A stretch of DNA of 63,351 bases, counting the filler, from Choristocarpus tenellus KU-1152 (taxonomy: Eukaryota > Protista > Phaeophyceae): assembly GCA_964200185.2 (NCBI GenBank). It is 6 parts of 6 records of this genome, joined end to end, with 100 filler letters (N's around TTAATTAATTAA, not from the genome) between each part and the next. Parts side by side here need not be neighbours in the genome. Positions count along the whole stretch, not along the records: positions 37,006 to 60,066 come from CAXNAD020000266.1; 5 more parts are not named here. The stretch is one strand, 5' to 3'. Made by a program: the position numbers and the translations under genes. Of this stretch, positions 40,201-53,200 are shown piece by piece. Numbering within the stretch: position 1 is the first letter of the stretch; every line of letters begins with the position of its first letter. Below the pieces are notes generated by a model. It had not been told where the DNA came from and ran no database searches. It saw only the letters and a list, made by a program, of their open reading frames with translations.

Positions 40201-43200
40201 TTGTATACGGACGTGGTACACGCGAGTTGTTACATGTTCGCTGGGATGGTAACGACTATTGGCTGGATAGTGCATCAGGTATGTTCCCTGCTTGTCACTC
40301 ATGAACTCATGAGGTTTCTCTTCTTTCCAGAAAGTGTGCTGCACGATGTGGTTTTGTCAATGGAATTATCTTGTTATTTGCACAAGAACAACTATCTCAC
40401 AGTGGCATGCAAGCATTTAGCGTGAACCTCCTTCCTCATAATACCAAGTGTGTAGTCCAGGTGCATATGGCAGTGCGTCACTCAGCTTCAAAAAGTTTAT
40501 CCTAATGAGGTTTTCTACAAAACACAATATGAGTTGTAAGAGGGGTGCAATTTCTGAAACTGCAGCTCATGAGCCCTTGACAAAACTTCATGCACCACCT
40601 TCCTTACCCCCCCAAAAAGCGATTTCCTCTCTCCCATTGTCTCTTGCTCTTGTTGGCATGAAGGGTATCAGCGAAAGTCCACCATAACAGAGACAGAGGA
40701 CGTGTCCTATGTTTCGTCAGCTTATGTCCCACAGTGCCTGAGATACGGGGGGCGACCAACACTTTCCAACGCACACCGCTCCCATGAGTCGGGTGTCAAT
40801 ACGGACAACATCAAGGATGAGCTTGATGAGGTCATCACCCTCAACTCAGTCTCCATAATTGTTGCAGAGTACATCCCTTTTGGGGCGAACCAGGTCAGAT
40901 TTTTTGCATGGCAGCAGACGGGTGTATGTGTTGGAGTAGTGGCATTATTATGGGTCAAGTAGTGCACTGTGTTGAAGCGAATATGTTCACCTTTCTGGCA
41001 TTGGAATAACAAAAAAGCCTCCTTATTTTTTCTGCATTTTGATTTTAGGAGATGGAGATTTTCAATAACTTTCCCTGTCCTCATCGGGTGGGATCAATTT
41101 TTTTGTTCTGTTTCTGTTGGCCCTACTGCTTCACAACTAGTCTCAGTCCCTATTACCTGTCCATGTAATCAAGATGGCAAGATGTCGTGTGCCTTTGAAT
41201 TTTTTTCTACCTATGTGCAAGCAGATAGTTAACCTCAACAACAGTGTGGGATCTACGGAGAGATGTCAAGGAGGGTTCATCTCCCCGGCCATTGATGATG
41301 ATTCTACAGGGACAAACCTAGAGATGACACCAGAACTCACCAGTGTCGACATACTTGACTACACACTGACAAACCACATTAACTTTGAGGTGAGGGTTTT
41401 TGAGTTGGGGTCAACAAGGAGTAAGGCGGTGGCCATATGTCACCCCCCAAAATATGTGTGTTGGGTATATACATTTGTAGCACTATTATTAATACAAACC
41501 ATCATTTTAAATACATTTAATAAATCTCTTTCCCACGAGGGCTTGCGAAGGTATGCCTAGACACAGAGAGGCACTGCATGTTGAGGCACTGCATGTTGAG
41601 GCACTGCATGATCAACACATTTTCTTGTGATCAACATCGAACGAACAAATTGACGGGGACTGTGCCTCAGGAGCATTTGCCTCCTCTCTCCAGCTAGTTC
41701 AGTACAGAAAATAAAATAATTTATTTTCTCCCTAAAGATTGTGGAACAACTCCTGCACACTACATTATCCTCTCTACCATCTCATGGCAGTCCAAGTTTT
41801 TTCCTTAACCCTAGCGCAGGGCATCACAGGCTGTGCTTGGTTCTCTGCTCTCCGTGAGATGAAGGGCCAAAAGTCACACACCACATGGTAACACCCGATC
41901 CAACTGTAGTAGGTCACTCCACTCTCTTGATAACGACAGGCGGAGATTAATTTTGCCGAAGAGAGTGGAGTGATTCAGGTGGAAACATTTGGAGTCAGTC
42001 TCAATGCCGAGGGGACCTGCTTTTATGGAATGCAGGTGCACTCAGGAGAAGATGGTAGGTAGTAGGGTGGTTTACCGCATACAGGTACAGGGGTGAAGGA
42101 AGGATGGAGACTATTCTTGTCCACATCGGTTGTTTGAGAGTTGTCAGGGTGAAACAATGACGAGGAGGAGGAGGAGAAGGAGGAGGAGGAGGAGGAGGAG
42201 GAGGAGGAGGAAATAAAAGAGGAAGTTGTGGAGAAGGACGGAACAATTGCCCAGCTGAAAGTTGCTGTCATCTAACTGGCCATCCACCACTTTTTCCCAA
42301 ATGAATGAAAGGGTCATTGAACAGAAGGACAGTTTGTGTTGTTAGAACTACGTGGTGTTCAAGCACCCCAAGTACATGAAACCAGTACTCAGATGATTTC
42401 TAATTTTTTTGTTTTGTTTGGTTTGCATTATTGGATGCACTCAGCCAGTATATATATATATAATACATAAATGACCCATAAACACACTGCATGGGGTCCT
42501 AAATATCATTTTGTGGTGTGTGGACTGACAGGTTGAGGCTGTGATGGACCGTATCAAAGATAACATATCTTTGGATCACATGGCCCGATTGCTTGTTGAT
42601 GTTCAACAAGATTCGTCCAACATTGTGGACTCTATCATATCTCAACACCAGAGGGAGCTTCTGAACCTCATCTTTCTTGGTGATGCACCCAACCGCAATA
42701 AGGTCTGGTGAACTTCAAATTCTCCTCTGCTACACAGAATCTAACGACAAAGTCCCTTCACTTGAATATTGCTTTCATCACTTCCATCTTTAGTCTGCCC
42801 CCTGTTCCTGGAATGTCCATCAAAGACGGTCACTGGTTGCGTGTTTCACAGGTGAATCTCATCATTGCCAATGAGATTACGCCACATCTGACTGCTGAGG
42901 AGTACATGGACAAGGGGGAGTATGAGAATGAGCTCAAACAAGTCATTGGGGACACAAAGGCAAGCGACAGAGCTACTCACTTCATATTAGTGCTATTTTT
43001 TCTTATGAAGGGCTTTGGATGTCACTGAGGTGTAGTCATATTTGCACCAATGTATGGTACCCTCCTACAAATATCTTGAAATGTTGGTACATACCTTGAG
43101 AAAGGCATCTCTTGTCACTGTCTGGTGTTTGACACAATACAACACTCTCCTGACCACCCCCTGATGTGGTGAACACAGGCAGCATATGACATTAGCGAGC

Positions 43201-46200
43201 ATGATACTTTGGTATTTGGTGGGTACGGCCTTCTTGTTGCTGGACCAAACTCCCGACACCATGAACCGCTGCTTTGCGCATACTTGCAGTTCATCACCAT
43301 TGACATCTTCCTTCAGAACTACTTCTCACGACTCTGGATTCTGACTGATGACATGAAGGTGTGTACTATGCATGCACTCCCTGAGAAACTATATTGCCCC
43401 AGCTCTACCTACTTGAACATAGGTACCCTGAATAAGGGAGAGTTTGAGCTGTGCCCCTAAGAGTAAGGATGCAATCAAAACAAGTGTTGAGAGAATGCAT
43501 GAGCAGATGTCACTGGAGTTCCCATCGCCATAGACGAATACTCTCAAGAAGATTGTTTCTCTGTGTGTGAGTTGTTCCATCTGATGCCTGGTGCCTCGTC
43601 TCTTTAGCACAATGTTTCGTTTGAAACTGATGCAACACCCTTCACACCTACTTACTATACCCCTCGTTGTTGGCATTCTGCCATTTGATGTTAATGAAAA
43701 AGGTCACGTACGACATAATCGTCACATCAGACTCAGATCCAACAGCACTTGACCGCATCAGGTATGCAGTTTGGTTGTAGGGGCAGATTTGAGGGAATGG
43801 AACATGGCCCCACACGAGGAGTTGGCTTGGGTATATATACATACATACCAATGTATAGTTCATGCTATCATTGTGCATGCCTTTATTGTCTGCGATTGCG
43901 CATTGGACTTGCAGTATCAGTCTACAAATACAATGCCACTGTGATGTGGTGGTAATGTTCTCAGTAAAGTACATGCTGCCAGAAGAATTGGTCTACAGAT
44001 AGATAAAATGTCACTGTGAAGTGGTGGAAGTATACTCCGTAGTACATGCCAGAAGCATAACAATCGAAGGAAGAGATGACTTCTTCTTTTCAGGTAAAAC
44101 CAACCTTTGATACTGATGATGTAGTTGACAGTCGCACAGGCACTTGGAGTAGTGACCTTGATCTCCATCCCTTCTGCCCTTCGTCCTCTTTCCCACCTTG
44201 TGTTGATCTTGCTAATCCATACATCAATTAATTTATCCATTGATTACTTCATCTTGCAGGTATCGAATATGTGCTATATCAAATGACATCATCTTGCTCG
44301 AGGAAATATTGGGGTATGTCCTAGAGGCCCTCGATATCATTGAGGTGAGGTGACTCATGTCCACCAACTGAGTGGGACTAGTGTGTTCTTTGCTATCCAG
44401 GAGAGTTTCATCATTTTGGTTGAAATCATTCTTACTTTGAAGTTTTCAAAGCACTAAGTGCTATCCTAACCCTAACCCTAACCCTAACCCCTAACCCTAA
44501 CCCTAACCCTAACCCTATTAGAGGTAAGTACAAAAGGTGTACTCGCACAATCCCAGAACTTGCATCTGTCTCTCCCTTTCAATCAAACAACTGTAACCCT
44601 AATGCCAACAAATGGAAATAAGCTCATCGTGGTAGATGGTGCACGTCCCAATGCCTTCCAGGTCCCTCCTGAGCCACCAGAGCAGGCTGGGCGCTCTCTC
44701 TATGAGCGCCTCGAGATCTCTGGCATGAGATCACAACTTCTGAGGCGATCGGCTGACTTGAAAAAAAACGTCAGTGGGGCACAAAAATATCTGGATGTCC
44801 TAAGGGAGATGAGTTCTGTGGTAAGAGTGTATACTGCAGGCTACCTTACCAATGACAGATAGTGCTTAAGCATTGTCATTTTGGGGATGATTGGTGACTA
44901 CATAATTGACCTGATCTGTAAGTACTTGTGTGGGTGGAAGTGTAGTGGAGCAACAAAATCGAGGTGGTTAAGGCTGGTATTATTGGACAGTGGTGGAGTA
45001 ACGCTCAAAGGGATGGAATGTGCTCTATGATGTTGGTGTGCATATTCCTCTATCTTAGCAGTAATGATCACAAACAATTTTTCATATTGCACCTCCATGT
45101 CTCATATTGCACCTCCATGTCATCTCTCTCTTCTGTCGTCTGAAATCTATAATTTTGTGACAGGTGAGTGAGAATAAAATGTTTCATTTGAATGAAAGCC
45201 TTGAGGTGAACACCAAGAAGCTCTGTATCCTCAACGAAAGCAGTGAAAAGTCATCAAAGACTCTACAGGCAAGTAATCAAATGCCCTACACGCTAGCAAC
45301 CCTCATGGGGGAATTTTTGTCTGTACATAAATGCAAACTTTGCACACAGTAAAAATGTCTATACTACAATTAAACACTCACTGTACTATCTTAAAATGAA
45401 CTACAAATGAGACACATGATTTGAAGGCAATACAGTACTAACTAACTAGGTTGTATGTGATTGACAGAGATATCTTGTTCTTATTGACCAGAAGGTATAA
45501 TACAGTACTCCCGGAGGACTGAAAGTGGTACTTTGTAGTGATTACTATATTCCAGTCGCAGCACACACTGAGTGACCATTGCAGCAGGTTGGATGAAGGC
45601 CTGCTTCAGTTTGTATGTAGTCTGAAGTAGTATATTAATAATACATATATCTGATACATCGGTGGTAACTTCATTTGATGCACACATTTTTGAGTTTGAG
45701 GTAAGAAAATAGTGATGTCCTTGATGATAGTGTGGATTTACCTACATTCCGCTGTCGAAAAAAGTTGATACCTGTCTTTGATGGACCGATGGGGACATAT
45801 TTTTATGGCTAAGGACTCAAGTGAAGGAACACGAAGGTCCAGTTTTGGGCTACACAACTAAACAAAACTACCAGAAACTGTTTTGAGGAAATACACACAC
45901 CATTATGTATCTCACACTCAGAGAAAGGACAGCAGCAACATGTACAACCTTGAGGCACTGAGTGGTCAAAGGGTTCTTAAGATTGATTAGATATGGGGAC
46001 CACCTTTCATGTGAACAGACTGGTCACATCAAATACTTGTGGTTGATGCTTATGTGACTGTTTGAGTGAAAGTATCTTAGAGGGTATGAGTTTTGCCCTG
46101 TTTGTCCATTTGGGGCTTGGCTTCCCATGGGTTTTTTAATGCTATTTTCCTACTCCAAAATGCTTCGGAACAGGTAAAATGTATAAATTATGAAATGGTG

Positions 46201-49200
46201 TGTCTAGAACAAGGATATTGACACTTCCTAACAAACATGATAGCCAAAATTACATCAAAAATGCAACATTGAATTTTTGGCCCCCAAATGGACGTGGCTC
46301 TACCCTCTAAGATACTTCTACTCTTTCCTGATTTTTAAAAAAACATTATGTTGCCCTTATTTACAAGGACAGTCCAGATCGTTGTCAGATGGTTCTCAGA
46401 TCATTCTCAGATCGTTCTCACATGTGGCGAGATTCTTCTAACGAGGCAATAGTCTATCAAGAGAATGCATCAATTGAACTGCACTGATGTAGAGGTATGT
46501 AGAAGTAAAGTCAGCGCAAAAAAAACATTAATTGCAACCCACCCGAACATGCCATGTACACATAGACGGGTGCCATAAATGTCATTGCAATTTTTCCATT
46601 CTCAGGTGTCTAATGTAATGACATATGGGACTTTCTCGAGCATAATGACCGCCTTCAGCAAAGCAGCGTGTTGCTTCCTCTTGTGATGCAATCTATTTTG
46701 CAAATTTCTGGACATTCACATCCCATACTGACATCTACATCCCATATTGACATTCACATCCCATACTGCAGATATTGCTTACAGTATTTGCAGGCATGCT
46801 TGCATTTGATGTGTTGGACCGACTGACAGGGGACTGGACTGTGGTTAACTCAGATTGGCTACAGGGATTTGTGACTGTTGTCATTCAGGTGGGTTTAGGA
46901 ATGGACAAGGAAGATTGAGATCTTGCTCATAGATGCATATTGCTCAACCCAAGTTTGAAGGGATTGCTGCCTGCTCTGATTGATCTCATTTATAGACCGT
47001 GGGTGTCGTTATGTACTTACTGAGTGTACCTATCAAACTCTTGGCAAGGGAGTATGTACGTGTGGAGATCAGATCTTTGCTGTACCGCCATACTATTTTG
47101 AATTTTGCTTTGATGTCGACTCTCAGCCCTCTCTCCTCCCATCTACTGTCCCAGAACTCTCCAACACTATGGTTCCTGATCTCAATGTCTGTGTGGGTAG
47201 TGGCTGCTGTTTGCATGAGGTGGGTCTTCAGGAAGATGCATTATGAGGGACAAGGACTCATAACCGTCAGAACAAGATTTTTCCGCAAGGTCAGTGTCAG
47301 AGCATGCACTACACATCTTTTCCCAAAACTATGGCATTAATAGTGGCAAGATCTGGTTGCACTTCTTGCCTTCATAGTTGTGCTCCCCGTTGATGGGGTG
47401 ATTGTCTGTAGTGTGGTGGTGCAGACCTGACCATTACAACCTTGAGATGTGCCATGTGTCTGCAACTAGTGCATTGATTTGCTGTATTGCATTGATTAAA
47501 CATCGTTGAAGAGCAGTGCTGCCTGATGAACTAGCTGGGGTGTGCGCACTCGGGGAGGAAAGATCATTGAGGGTTTGATCAACAGCATCATGTGTTGTAT
47601 TTCTGTACTTGTTAGTTAGAGAGGCACTCCCCACTGTTGGCCTTGATCCCAGAGGCTTATCAGAAGCGTTATTGAATGCAATCAGCACATGACTTTGCTG
47701 TATTGCCCTGGGCAACTCTGTCACCTCTATGGGACTCTGCACAAAACACACCCTTTCAGCATTTGTTTTATTACACGGAATATGCACCTCAGGTTTTTCT
47801 GGAAAAGCTACAGAAATGGTTAGCTTCCAAAGCTGTTTCTTTTGAGGATCGGAATTATGATCTCAGCAACGACCTGGTGAGGTGATGTAGGGGTGATCCT
47901 AATCTCAGTTGTCTTTTTCTCTTACACATGTACTGATAGTAATCCCAAACATTTGAAATATACCTGACACACTTCACACACTTATCTATCTACTTGGTAT
48001 ACACAAGAACACATGCCTTCTTTCATGTCACCAACCCCTATGTTGCCTTGACCAAACTAGTTTTTTTTTCTGGTGGTTTTGGTTTCCTCCCCTGCTGTTT
48101 GATAGATACCCAGGGAAGTCTGTACCTGGGCCTCTTTGCTTGTCCTTAATGACAATTAAAAAAATCCATTTTCGATTTCTTTGAAATGTACCAAGTAGGG
48201 TTAGGGTTTCTACCACCCTTTTTTTTGGTACTTTACAGTGACCAGCTAGACCCTTACCTGGAGACGGAAAATCAACATTTGTTCTGTGTCAGAAATGTAT
48301 CTGTCCTTTTGTTGTAGTAATAACAGTAATGGCAAGTAATGATACATGTTTTATATACATAAATATCCATGATTGTCTATACAAAGAGTTAATTTTTGCT
48401 TCAAATTAACCAATACCTATTGTGCTGATCAGTACTATGGATATACAATTAGAATAGTTCATCACTGTCCAGCATTATGCCACTCCTGTTTCAATTTTTT
48501 TTGGTACTTGCCCTCCCTCATTGTTTGGTTTCAAGTGTTTCAACCATAATATTGATAACAGATACACAAAAAAAATGTTGACTGCATAAATTAACCTGGA
48601 CCTTTGAGTATACCAACAACTTGTATATTATGACATGTTGATAACATACATGCACAGGTGTCCATAACTTATGAGGAAAGGCATCCTGCAGACTGGGGGG
48701 GCTACCGACCAAGAGTGGTTGTAGAGTATGATGAACGCAACAGTTACCTGATGACCATGGACATCACTTACAACAAGAGACTCGCGGACAAGAATCTGGC
48801 CTACAACTTCAGGGACTTGAAAGAGAAGATTCAATCAGAACTGGACAGTGCACAGGTGTGGAAAAGTATGAGAATTGTATGGACTCACAAGTTGTGGAAC
48901 AAAGCTGTAAGAACAAATGCATTGGGTTGGATAAGTTGATTTGTCTCTTTTCAAAACCTGTAACCCTACTGTTGCTCTCCACACAGACATCAAATAATAC
49001 AGAACACTTGTAGATGGATCAGGCACTATAGTATGTACCATTGGGGTACAAAATACTCCACACCCCACTTCTCAAATTAACAACAAACCATCACACCATG
49101 TGCCTCAAGGTGTGGGACTTGATGGGGGAGAACCACTCTGCGCAAGATTTGGCAGCAGACAAGCGAGCTGCAATTGAAAGGCGACTTCTAGATGAGGATG

Positions 49201-49229
49201 GAAAGGAAACACAGAGCATCACCAAGTAG
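37283..49229 (+). CDS. Uncharacterised ~920-aa membrane protein (acidic N-terminus, winged-helix-like domain, CorA-like alpha/beta + helical stalk + 2 TM, C-terminal alpha/beta domain); 22 exons
   Basis: Phase-consistent model (2772 nt): 37283-37390, 37660-37704, 37960-38046, 38164-38232, 38430-38639, 38919-39032, 40152-40278, 40664-40893, 41225-41389, 41940-42035, 42532-42702, 42852-42959, 43179-43358, 43703-43761, 44260-44344, 44662-44820, 45164-45268, 46772-46888, 47155-47289, 47793-47876, 48658-48855, 49110-49229. The first two exons are uncertain (alternative ATG at 37678). The gene itself is well supported; domain calls are inference. Confidence 0.85.
42160..42210 (+). repeat. (GGA)n microsatellite in an intron
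   Basis: Read directly. Confidence 0.9.
44465..44516 (+). repeat. Interstitial telomere-type (CCCTAA)~8 array in an intron
   Basis: cctaaccctaaccctaaccctaacccctaaccctaac... Confidence 0.95.
46064..46323 (-). mobile_element. MITE family A copy in an intron, TSD TTT
   Basis: ttt|gagtgaaagtatcttagagggta ... taccctctaagatacttctactc|ttt; reverse orientation relative to the 36344 copy. Confidence 0.9.
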
Positions 49230-50259
49230 AAAAGAGGTTGCTCATTTCCCTGGAAGTGACAGCAGACAGCCATTGTACTCATACTATAGCAGCAGCATCA
49301 ACCTCCTTTTTTGAATCAGTACAGTACTAACAATAGAGATAAGAGCTAAAGCATAAAGTGGAGAAGAAGCCAGCCTAGTGAGGCAGTTTTTAGTGCCGTG
49401 ATATTTAATTGCTGGGTGCAAAGCCCACTCTACCATCAATCCAACAAAGATAATAATAATAATAATATTAATAATAGTAAGATAACAGGCCAACAAAAAA
49501 TGCCACCTCATTGAGATTTCTACCACTGATCGTACAGTCCATGCGCAAAATGCTCTCTCCAGCTCAGGCTACTCAAACAAAATGGAGGTCACGCTTCATT
49601 TGACTGGTACAAAGGTACAAAACTGTGTGTCATCATTGACATTTTCATTAACCTTGGTAAATGCACACAGCCTTTCAAGGCCAACCGTAGCCCATAAAGT
49701 GTCCATGTTCAATCTTGTTTGATGTCCAGTGTAGCTACAAGCAACAAGCAACTAGCACCGCTCCGCTCCCCCAGTGCTAGCTATACTACACACTCTGAAG
49801 TATGAAGCACACTCCCCTGTGCTACTGCAATAAAGGTTAAAGATAAAGATCGCACACCCTTGTCAACACAGTAGTCACATCGGCAACAGCCAGTGAGCAA
49901 TACTAACAGTCTTAATATCCATTGGGAGGAGTGGTACAATACAAGAGCTATTTAAGATATGCAAGACCATTACACATTTGAGTACTTATTTAATACATCG
50001 AAGTAACCAAAGAGCCTTTGTTATGCAACAAGGAGGCAGACTCGAGGCACTACAATAAACAGTATTGCACTCCTGTTCATTTGCCACCACCTTGAATTAC
50101 ACCTACTCTGCCTCTCTTCTCAATCCAAGTGACGCTCAATTTGGTATGTGCTTGCAACGACTCTAGAACACCAGTACATGTAACAGAATCAACCTCTTTA
50201 CCTCGCTGTGGCTGGAGCAATGTTATCCCAGACAAAGGTTAATGAGAGGAGGCGTATGA

Positions 50260-53200
50260 CTATGGTGTAGTCTGCTTCTCACGAATATAACATTGTAAGT
50301 CTTGAATTGAAGTGAGCACAAGCCCATGCTCTGCACAGAATTGAACAAGCTCTGGTACCCTGGTAGGAATCAATTGACAGACCAAAGGTGAATCAATGAC
50401 CAAAAGGTTAACTCTCAAAGTGCACCAGATCAGAAAAAGAAATGAATGTGATAGCTTGTGGGCAAGACCTCAAACAGACCAATGAGCCTACTATGGGAAC
50501 TTGTCACGCATCAACACTCAGTCCTACAGACACCTGAGCATGACCTGAGCATGATATTTTGGCAAGAATGCCGACTTGAAATGCACTACGCTCTACCCCT
50601 TCCCTAACCTTACTACATTTTATTCTAGTAGTTCATGGCAATGTTAGACACAGCTGTAGTGTACCCACCCACGAAAAAAAGAAGTCTAGATGAACAAAGT
50701 TTGTCACCGTCATGCCATAATATCTCACCTTGCCATGCCCTTTCCATCCTTTGTGGTTATCTCACATAAAACCCCAGCTGGAGCAAGACCTGCTAGGCGA
50801 GCCAGATCCAGAGCTGCTTCTGTGTGTCCCCCACGCTTGAGTACTCCCCCATCCTGTTAGAACAGACAGATAAGAAAGAAGTACACACAGTGTGGTGTAG
50901 GTGTGTCTCCTTTATTCCTTGCCCTCAACTTCCCCTTAATCCTTAGTATCACCTACTTGTGTACCCTGCATGACTTCCAAATGCCATCTTCAATCAGGTG
51001 TAAGGTAGAATTCTTGTTGACAACATGCCTGGGGGATATATATAAAAACAAATAAATACATTTTTTTTTCTTTTCCGTCTCATGGATCCACTTTTCTCAA
51101 TCAATACTACTAATACTAACACCAGCAGAGTCAACACCAGTGTGACAAAACTATCACATACAAATAAATCTCTCACAACCTCATACGATGTACAATGCCA
51201 GATATCAGATAATGCCAGTAGGTCCCTCACCGTGTACTTGAGGGGAAAAATGTGCCCAGGCCGAGCAAAATCTTTGGCTTTGGTCTATTCCGGAAAATAG
51301 AGCATGTCAACAAGAGCATAGGCAGGAGGAGCAACAGAGCATGTCATGCCCAAACAGCACAGGGATGCAGGCACAAATCATTGTTCAATCAAAAAGAGTT
51401 TGCAGAAGACCCTAGAGGCAGTATGCCATAAAACAATACCAATCCTAAAGAAAACTGAAGTTTAGACATACAAACTACTAACTACTAACTACAAAAAAAA
51501 GAAAACCACAAGTGTTGGGGGGATGACCAGCACATTTCAAATGAAAAAAAATTGTTAACAAAAAGAGTCTAAGTATAACTATACTGACACAAAAAAGGGC
51601 AATAGGGGGAGGGACTAGAGCCACTTGTCAGAGGCATTGCACATGGGCAACAACATAAAAAACGTTTAAAAAAAAGAAGGGGTACTGGGGCAACCACACA
51701 CACACAGTGCAGCCTGGTACTTGCCAATTGCCAACAAAATATGTTTCACTAGAACTCAGTGCATGTGTCAAGCTGACCTTCTGTACATTGATTTGAACAA
51801 CAGACATAAAAACAAAAAACTATGCCTTTAAAGACCATTTTTTGTTCAAGTGTGTCCTAGAGATGTTAGACAATTCCAAGTGTCACTGTCAGGTAGGAGA
51901 TGGAGATGGATGGGGTATGATACCTTTGCATCAGCCAATCCCCTGAGTGTAATTGCTCTATCCCCAGCACTGATGCCTGTGGTGACCCCTTCTTTTGCAT
52001 CCACTGTCACAGAAAATGCAGTCTGCTTGGGATCCTCATTGTCAGGTACCATCTGAGGGAGTCCAAGCTCCTGTCGTTGTTTGTGGAAAGGTGTCAAAGA
52101 TTCTGTAGGTGGTTCACCTAGTGAGCCGGCTTGTGTATGGTATTGGAATGGTATTGGAATATCAAGATCCCTACAATACTTTAGAGCTCCAAATGGACAA
52201 ACCTAAACCTGCACATTGGTACACTACTGGGATATACAATGAGGGATATGGACAGAATCAAAGCACCTCAGTGGAACTCAAGAACCCATCCCATCATGGA
52301 ATATCAGTAATGGAATTTTTCTTCAGTGTATCAGTATCAGTACAGGAAGATGAACATCAACTTTTGTGTAGTGGTCTTTGGCTAAACATGTTTCAGCTTG
52401 TTCATGGCACCCCTTTCAAAAACCATGAAAACGAAATAACCTAATTTGAATGCATCACCACCCATGCTCCATCATCCCACCTCAAGGCGATTTGCTTCCA
52501 ATGACACGCAGATAACCCCACTGGAGTACCGGATGGTGAAAGCTAACAAATCCTCTGTTGCCTGCAAAAGTGGAGAGGAGGATGAGGACAACACAATCAA
52601 TCCCTTCCTTGAGTGATGAATTTTGTTTTAGTGCATTAGTCACCAACAAATTCTTACATCAAATTCTACTCATTTCATATGGTAGGAGCAACACATACAC
52701 AAAACTTCAGCACAGTACAATTTATCACTACATGTAAACATCGATGACTACTGCACCAAAGGAGTGATCATTTGTACCCACAGTCAACAACTTGAGAGAG
52801 TGTTGGAGCTACTTGCAATCTTTGGGTGGAGCATGCATGCCCTAAAGCAAAAGAGACATGGTGTCACCTTCCAGTGCATTGCTTCTTTCTTCATCATGGG
52901 TTTCTTGCCATTTGGGTGTTTTGGATACAAAAGGAACCAGCCTGCCTCCTACCACTTGAAACTAGTGGGTGCCCATTTTGTACCAAGTGGTTGAAATGTA
53001 ATGTGGCAGTGAACTAGATCATGGGTTGAAAGTACCTTTTCTGCTGCGAAGATGAGATCACCCTCATTCTCTCGACCCTCATCATCAGTGACCACAACTG
53101 CCTTCCCAGCACGGACTGCGTTAACGGCAGCAATAACACTGTCTCGGCCAAAGGCATAGTCTCCATTCCCTTCATTCACTTGATTCCCTTGCATTTGGTC

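Noticed and set aside
44465-44516. True chromosome end
   Set aside because: Short array inside an intron with in-phase exons on both sides.
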